DNA from: Thermoguttaceae bacterium
GTDB taxonomy: Bacteria; Planctomycetota; Planctomycetia; Pirellulales; Thermoguttaceae
Length of the DNA stretch: 64,000 bases
Reading direction: 5' to 3'
NCBI GenBank assembly: GCA_051885615.1
Contig: JBJEXI010000018.1
Location: 73,513 to 137,512 of the forward strand
Both the position numbers and the translations under genes were made by a program. Each line of letters begins with the position of its first letter. The first letter of the stretch is position 1. Below, piece after piece: positions 58,451-64,000 of the stretch. The notes below the pieces were generated by a model, which made no database searches, was not told the DNA's origin, and was given only the letters and a program-made list of their open reading frames with translations.

Positions 58451-60700
58451 TCAATAGTGATGGTAGACGGATTCGTCTGTCACGAAGCCCCAGTAGAGTC
58501 CCTGACAGTAAACGCGTATCGTTTCTTGAACGTCAGGATCGCTTATGCGAGCCGCCGATCCGACCCTTGACATATAGTTGATAAAATCTCCCAAAAGGGT
58601 CTTCGTTTCATCGGAAAACTTATAATCGCATTTATCCCAATGGCTTCCATATTTGCGATAGCGCCAAGTCGCGTATCCCTCTTCGAGAGTTCTCGGCGCG
58701 TCCCCGCCGCGGTATTTCTCCTTGAAGAGCGGCTCAGCAAGAGTTAAAAACTCCTCGCCTTTCTTCTGCATGAGAAGCGATAGCAAAATCAAATCGCGAC
58801 GAGCGGGGCAAGACGATTCATATTCGTCCTCCTTTGCCAACGCGTAAAGGAACACGAGGTTCGGATAACCGGTCGCTGTCGCGTAATTCTTGGACGGACG
58901 CATTTCGCGCATGCCCGAGACAGTCTCGGCGATTTTTTCGACTTCGCTCTTCTCCACGCCGTAACGCGCCGCAGCCTCTTCAAGACTGGCCGCCTCTTCT
59001 CGCGTCGCGCGCTTCGATTCGATTACCTCGTCGACGCTCGGGTCGTTATGGAAGTCTCGGACGCCGTCGTAAAAGCTCGGACTCATCAAATAGGCCAAAC
59101 GGACTTTCGCCCAGTTGCGATGAAAGAGCGTCTGGGTCAACGGTTCGAGAAAACGCCGCGCGATTCTTTCCTCGCCGTTCGCCAGCGCCGCGATCGCAAG
59201 CGTCTTCATAAAAGCAGTTGATCGTTCCTCCGTTGCGACCCAATTGTTCATCGCAATTCGCGTCGCTACGTTCGTCTGACCCCAGTAACAATAGAGTCGT
59301 TCGCATAGGGCGCGATTCGAATCAAGCTCCATTTCACGACTCCAGTTGTAGAGTTTCACCTTCATCTTATAATACGCGTTTCCCTGAAGAGAACGCGCGT
59401 AATCCTCCCCCGTGATTCGAACGGCGGAAAGACCGCCAAGAGGACGACGAAACGCGTCGTCCATCAGTCGCCCCGTTTTGAATAACGCGACGTTGCGCAT
59501 CTGAACCGTTCCGTCAATCGGATAGGCGTCGCGCGCTTCAAGGCGTAAAACCTCTTCCCAATCCTCGTTGTAAACGGCCCTCGCACATTCCGTCAAAGTG
59601 AAGAACGATTTGACGTGATAAGAGCCAAAATAGACGCACGCCGCTAGGACGAAAAGAAGCTCCCACATCAAACGAACGCGCGCGCGCTCCTTGTTGCGGC
59701 GTTTCTGAGCAGCGTCCTCAGACGCGTTCGAAGGAAGCGCGTTTTTATCCTTTTTCGATTTTTTGTTTTCTTTCTCTCGAACCTCTCGGCGTTTGGACGT
59801 CAGTTCCGCAAAACGCGGCTGGAAGCCCCTTAGCAAAAGCGCGGCCATCGTAAAAACGATCGAAGACGCCGACAGCGTGTAGTACAACCGTCCGACAAAA
59901 GCCCCCGTATCGTAGCGCGCTTCTTCCCAAAAGCCCTGAAGATAAATATTGCAGAATCTCATCTTAACGTCGTAACACGCGTAGTAATAGAGGAGCGGTA
60001 CGACGATAGAAGCGACCGTTAAAACCACAACTTCCCGCCAGCCAGTTCGGCGCGATTCTTTGTCCTTTCCCTTTGAGATAAGTCGTCCCAGCGCCCATGC
60101 GGCGCAAAAGAGCCCGCCCCACGCCGCCCATGCCGCGCAAAAGGGATACGCGATCAACAAGAAAATGACGCCAAGGATCGGACGTCTTCCTTCGCCCCCT
60201 TCAAATCGTACGTAGAGAGACAATATGAGAAGCGAAATACAAAATCCCGCATACGCCGCGAAAGCCGTCGCAATATTGTAGGGGATGAAAACATAAATAC
60301 CATTCCACGTCGTCGACACGGTGAAGAGCGACACGGGAATGAAGGAGAGAAGCCAACCGCATCCGCGAAAACCTAAAACGCGTCCCAGAAGGAGTGGCCC
60401 CAACGTTCCTAAAAGCGCAAAGAGCCCGCCCCCTAAAAGGGGATAGTAGAAAAACTGCATCAAAAACGCGGATAGGTAACACAGTCCCCCGTCGGGCGTT
60501 TCAAGCCAACGCGTTAGGTATTCGCGAGTATAAAGGAAAATTGAGTTTTCCTGCGCGACATAGAGAAAACCAGAATATCTCACGCCCCAAAAATACCACA
60601 AAAAAAGGAAGAAGACGCAAGACGCCGCCTGTTCGTGAGTAAAACGACCAAGAAAGCGCGCAGGAAACGACTCCCGAGGGGTCGACGCTAAATCCGACAT
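58451..60700 (-). CDS. Large integral membrane protein with a C-terminal soluble helical domain (DUF6057-like?)
   Basis: 749 aa. About 10 N-terminal TM helices are followed by a basic linker and a 370-aa soluble region. The N-terminal ...ETPDGGLCYLSAFLMQFFYYPLLGG resembles what I recall of DUF6057. Confidence 0.55.
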   Translation of the reverse strand: MSDLASTPRESFPARFLGRFTHEQAASCVFFLFLWYFWGVRYSGFLYVAQENSIFLYTREYLTRWLETPDGGLCYLSAFLMQFFYYPLLGGGLFALLGTLGPLLLGRVLGFRGCGWLLSFIPVSLFTVSTTWNGIYVFIPYNIATAFAAYAGFCISLLILSLYVRFEGGEGRRPILGVIFLLIAYPFCAAWAAWGGLFCAAWALGRLISKGKDKESRRTGWREVVVLTVASIVVPLLYYYACYDVKMRFCNIYLQGFWEEARYDTGAFVGRLYYTLSASSIVFTMAALLLRGFQPRFAELTSKRREVREKENKKSKKDKNALPSNASEDAAQKRRNKERARVRLMWELLFVLAACVYFGSYHVKSFFTLTECARAVYNEDWEEVLRLEARDAYPIDGTVQMRNVALFKTGRLMDDAFRRPLGGLSAVRITGEDYARSLQGNAYYKMKVKLYNWSREMELDSNRALCERLYCYWGQTNVATRIAMNNWVATEERSTAFMKTLAIAALANGEERIARRFLEPLTQTLFHRNWAKVRLAYLMSPSFYDGVRDFHNDPSVDEVIESKRATREEAASLEEAAARYGVEKSEVEKIAETVSGMREMRPSKNYATATGYPNLVFLYALAKEDEYESSCPARRDLILLSLLMQKKGEEFLTLAEPLFKEKYRGGDAPRTLEEGYATWRYRKYGSHWDKCDYKFSDETKTLLGDFINYMSRVGSAARISDPDVQETIRVYCQGLYWGFVTDESVYHHY

Positions 60701-60898
60701 AGCAGAACTCCAAAGAACCGCTTGACGAACGCTGCGATAGAGTTCGTCCTTGTATTTTCTGATAAAAGCGTTAAATTTTATAGAGCCGACGGAAGTCCGG
60801 CAAAGCCCCTAAAATCACGGCTTCAGTAGCCGGGTAATGCTGTTATTTTAACGGAGGGGTCGGTAAAAGGCAAGCGGACGCCCGCCTTCTCTTTAACG

Positions 60899-63115
60899 AT
60901 GGATAAAGACGACGTAATGAACTCCTTAGCTAGTATTCAACCGCGAAGAATTCCAGAATATCTTTCCCCATATGGCGCGCGTTTAACTGACGGCGGCGTC
61001 CTATTTTCCTTCGTAAGTCGAAACGCGACGGGGGCGCGGCTGTTGTTATACGACGCTCCGGAGGACGAAGAACCGTCCTTGGTTATTCCGTTGGACGATA
61101 GAACAGACCGTCTTGGCGACGTTTGGAGAATCTTTGTCCCAGGCGCGGGCCCCGGAACCCTTTACCATTTTCAGGTTGACGGGCCGTTTGATCCGATGAA
61201 CGGTCATAGATTCGACGGCAGAGCAAGACTTGTCGATCCTTACGCGGACGCGTTGGCGGGCGATTTTCTTCCCCAAAAGAACGGCGTTTGTCTCCCTCCA
61301 AAGTGCGTCGTCGTCGACCATTCCTTCGATTGGGAAAACGAGCCCCGCATCACGCGTTCTCTTGCTGACGAAATTATTTATGAGCTCCACGTTCGCGGCT
61401 TTACAAACTCCCCGACAAGCGCTGTGTCCAAACCCGGAACCTATCTAGGACTTATTGAAAAGATTCCATATTTGAAATCTCTCGGCGTCACGGCGGTCGA
61501 ACTCATGCCGGTGCATGAATTCCCACGAAACGATCCGGATGGAACGCCCCCGAAACACAAAAATTATTGGGGATACGATCCGATCGCCTTTTTTGCGCCT
61601 CATCGCGGATACGCGTGGAGCGACGAACCGGGCGCCCAAGTTCGAGAATTCAAAGAGATGGTCAGAGAACTTCATAAGGCGGGAATTGAAGTTTTTCTCG
61701 ACGTCGTCTTTAACCATACGGCGGAAGGGAACGAACGCGGCGAAACCTTCTCGTTTAAGGGGCTGGAGAATAAGAATTATTACCTGCTTTTGAATCAAGG
61801 GCGTTACGCCAATTATACGGGCTGCGGCAACACTGTAAACGGCAATCATCCGTGGATGCGCGATCTGATCTTCAGTTGTTTGCGCTCTTGGGCGGGAAAT
61901 TATCATATCGACGGTTTCCGCTTCGATCTAGCGTCAATTCTCAGCCGAAATCGCGACGGCAAGCTCGTCTCTAATCCGCCAGTGTTGGAGATGATCGCGG
62001 AAGATCCCCTTCTTTCTCACGTCAAAATTATCGCCGAAGCGTGGGACGCAGCGGGCGCCTATCAAGTCGGTTCTTTTGGGAACGCGCGATGGGCGGAATG
62101 GAATGGTCGGTTCCGCGACGACGTAAGGCGTTTTTGGCGCGGCGACGACTGGACGCTCGGCGCGTTCGCCACGAGGCTTGCGGGATCTAGCGATTTATAC
62201 CAAGCGCAAGGGCGCACCCCGTCGTGCAGCGTCAATTTCATAACTGCGCACGACGGCTTCACCCTCAACGATCTAGTCTCGTACAACCACAAGCACAACT
62301 ACGCCAACGGCGAAGAAAACCGGGACGGCGAAAATAATAACATCAGTTATAACTTTGGATTCGAAGGAGAAACCTCGGACGAAAAGGTCAAAAGTCTGCG
62401 CGCGCGGCAGATCCGCAATATGTTCTGTTCACTGTTGCTAAGTCAAGGCGTGCCAATGATTGTCGCTGGAGACGAGGTGCGAAGAACGCAAAAGGGCAAC
62501 AACAACGCCTATTGCCAAGATTCTCCTATTTCGTGGTTCGATTGGCTGCGCGCGGAAAAGAACGACGATTTGCGGCGCTTTGTCGCCTCTCTCATTCGCT
62601 TGAGGCGAGAAGAAGCGTCTTTGAGAAGACGAAACTTTTTCTCCGGGAGTCCTCAAGCGCCGGGAGACGTCCCCGACATTTCCTGGTTCGGAGCGACCGG
62701 CGGCGCCGTCGATTGGAATTCGAACGAGCAATCTTCTCTCGTAGGCCTTATCAGCGTCTTGGATCCTCGAAAAGATCCGTTCTTCGCCGAAGAAATTGCA
62801 AAAGCGGGCTCTGTCATCACTGATATTTCCCCCTTCAATCCCGTGCTTGAAGCCTCGCCGGAAGCGAAATTCGACATTCTTTTCATGGTCAATCCCAAGC
62901 CGTATGAACAAACGTTTTTCTTCCCAGCAGTATCCAAGCTTCCAATGTTCCTTTGGCGAAACTTCGTTGATACGGCGGCTGCGGCTCCTTACGACGTCTA
63001 TCCTAATTACGACGGACCGATTCCCGACGTAGAACAACCCCTTCAACTTCCCGGACGTTCCACACGGATTTTCCTTTCGCGTCGCCGCGCTCAAAGAAGG
63101 GACGAAAAACAATGA
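60899..63115 (+). CDS. glgX: Glycogen debranching enzyme GlgX (GH13 isoamylase-type)
   Basis: 738 aa. GH13 regions: DVVFNHT, DGFRFDLAS, EAWD and NFITAHDGFTLNDL. An N-terminal CBM48-like segment is also present. Confidence 0.93.
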   Translation: MDKDDVMNSLASIQPRRIPEYLSPYGARLTDGGVLFSFVSRNATGARLLLYDAPEDEEPSLVIPLDDRTDRLGDVWRIFVPGAGPGTLYHFQVDGPFDPMNGHRFDGRARLVDPYADALAGDFLPQKNGVCLPPKCVVVDHSFDWENEPRITRSLADEIIYELHVRGFTNSPTSAVSKPGTYLGLIEKIPYLKSLGVTAVELMPVHEFPRNDPDGTPPKHKNYWGYDPIAFFAPHRGYAWSDEPGAQVREFKEMVRELHKAGIEVFLDVVFNHTAEGNERGETFSFKGLENKNYYLLLNQGRYANYTGCGNTVNGNHPWMRDLIFSCLRSWAGNYHIDGFRFDLASILSRNRDGKLVSNPPVLEMIAEDPLLSHVKIIAEAWDAAGAYQVGSFGNARWAEWNGRFRDDVRRFWRGDDWTLGAFATRLAGSSDLYQAQGRTPSCSVNFITAHDGFTLNDLVSYNHKHNYANGEENRDGENNNISYNFGFEGETSDEKVKSLRARQIRNMFCSLLLSQGVPMIVAGDEVRRTQKGNNNAYCQDSPISWFDWLRAEKNDDLRRFVASLIRLRREEASLRRRNFFSGSPQAPGDVPDISWFGATGGAVDWNSNEQSSLVGLISVLDPRKDPFFAEEIAKAGSVITDISPFNPVLEASPEAKFDILFMVNPKPYEQTFFFPAVSKLPMFLWRNFVDTAAAAPYDVYPNYDGPIPDVEQPLQLPGRSTRIFLSRRRAQRRDEKQ

Positions 63116-64000
63116 ATCTACGCAGTACTTCCTTTTTAACTGTCGTCGTCACTCTATTCCTTTTCGCTGGAGCCCCGTCGGCGCGCGCGCAAAAAGAAGC
63201 TCGAGAATGGGACGCCGTATTTGAGCGTCAAGAAGGATGGCTCGGCGCCGACGGAATTTATTCCGTCGATTTAGGAAAAGACGCTCGAAATAATCTTCTC
63301 TCTACTTCAAACGAGGGGGACGCTCTATTCATTTTTAGCGACACGATCGCGGGAACGACAAAAAACGGCGGAACGGAGTATGATCGCGTCGTCATGACAA
63401 ACCATTCCTTCGGCATGACAAAAGATTACGTCCCCGAGAGAGGGAGCGTCCATTTCATATGGCGTAAACCTGGAAGTGAAGAAAAGACTCCTCAAAACAT
63501 TGTCGACGGGCATTACTGGTTGCAAGACGGAATACGCTATGGGGATCAACTTTGGCTCACGGCGATTCTTGTGGGAGACGCATGGAAGCCCAAGGAAATT
63601 CACGCTCTTGTCTTCCCGATCGACGCTAACAATGGACTTCCGGACTTCTCCCGTCCGACGCTAAAAAAGCGGGCGCCGTTGTATTATGACGCGCAGGACA
63701 AGACGCTCGTCCTTGGTTCGGCGCTGTGCGATGATTCAGGCGACGACTTCATTTACGTTTTCGGTTACGTCGACCATCCGAAAGAAGGGAGTCGAAAAGA
63801 TCTCGTCGTGGCCCGAGCGCCGCGAAACGATTTTCAAAACTATGCGCGCTGGAGTTTTTATTCCGGCGGAGAATGGCAAGGAGAAATCTCCGCCCTTCTG
63901 AGCGAAGACGCCGCCCTCCTCAAGAATATTTCCGCCGAATTCTCAATTTCACGCATTCCTTCCGGAGAAGCCAAAGGGAAATGGTTAATCGTGTATACGC
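63112..64000 (+). CDS. Secreted DUF4185/DUF5005-like (beta-propeller glycosidase-like) protein, 3'-truncated by the window end
   Basis: This ORF is not in the supplied track because no stop falls in the window. I translated it by hand: MNLRSTSFLTVVVTLFLFAGAPSARAQKE...WLGADGIYSVDLG...ALFIFSDTIAG...GHYWLQDGIRYGDQLWL.... It is open to position 64000, and its ATG overlaps the glgX stop (ATGA). Confidence 0.6.
   Translation, partial: MNLRSTSFLTVVVTLFLFAGAPSARAQKEAREWDAVFERQEGWLGADGIYSVDLGKDARNNLLSTSNEGDALFIFSDTIAGTTKNGGTEYDRVVMTNHSFGMTKDYVPERGSVHFIWRKPGSEEKTPQNIVDGHYWLQDGIRYGDQLWLTAILVGDAWKPKEIHALVFPIDANNGLPDFSRPTLKKRAPLYYDAQDKTLVLGSALCDDSGDDFIYVFGYVDHPKEGSRKDLVVARAPRNDFQNYARWSFYSGGEWQGEISALLSEDAALLKNISAEFSISRIPSGEAKGKWLIVYT

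Overview
This is a gene-dense segment, mostly coding and mostly on the minus strand, at roughly 50% GC judged by eye. I read it as chromosomal DNA from a Planctomycetota-like organism. The support is a DUF1559 'H-X9-DG' protein with a prepilin-type N-terminus, three TAT-signal Gfo/Idh/MocA oxidoreductases, a DUF11 lipoprotein, two GroEL copies and a membrane Ser/Thr kinase.

Recognisable content, in order:
- a GalT / Gfo-Idh-MocA / inositol-monophosphatase sugar locus
- rnhA
- a LemA-M48 peptidase pair
- a cobalamin riboswitch directly upstream of a DUF1559 pseudopilin-like gene
- a secreted EF-hand repeat protein
- a frameshifted LysE exporter
- wecB and a WecA/MraY-like transferase
- an HTH-fused Dcm methyltransferase with Vsr
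- a 1671-aa orphan helical-repeat protein
- a divergent MnmE-like GTPase coupled to a membrane protein
- a chaperone supercluster (groEL-groES-groEL-dnaJ-grpE)
- spoVG-ispE-rlmN
- a SpoIIM-like/DUF4129 membrane operon
- a LOG-family protein, rarD and glgX

I saw no rRNA, tRNA, CRISPR array, transposase or integrase.

The strongest non-obvious signal is the well-formed cobalamin riboswitch whose first downstream gene is a DUF1559 protein rather than any known B12 gene. Secondary leads are:
- the solitary HTH-Dcm/Vsr module next to the giant orphan protein
- a DUF3560-like (mobile-element-type) domain protein
- the degenerate MnmE-like GTPase with its membrane partner
- the unusual groEL-groES-terminator-groEL layout with no recognisable CIRCE or HAIR operator
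- a zinc-ribbon insertion in SpoVG

All family assignments come from motif recognition by eye. No searches or computations were run.
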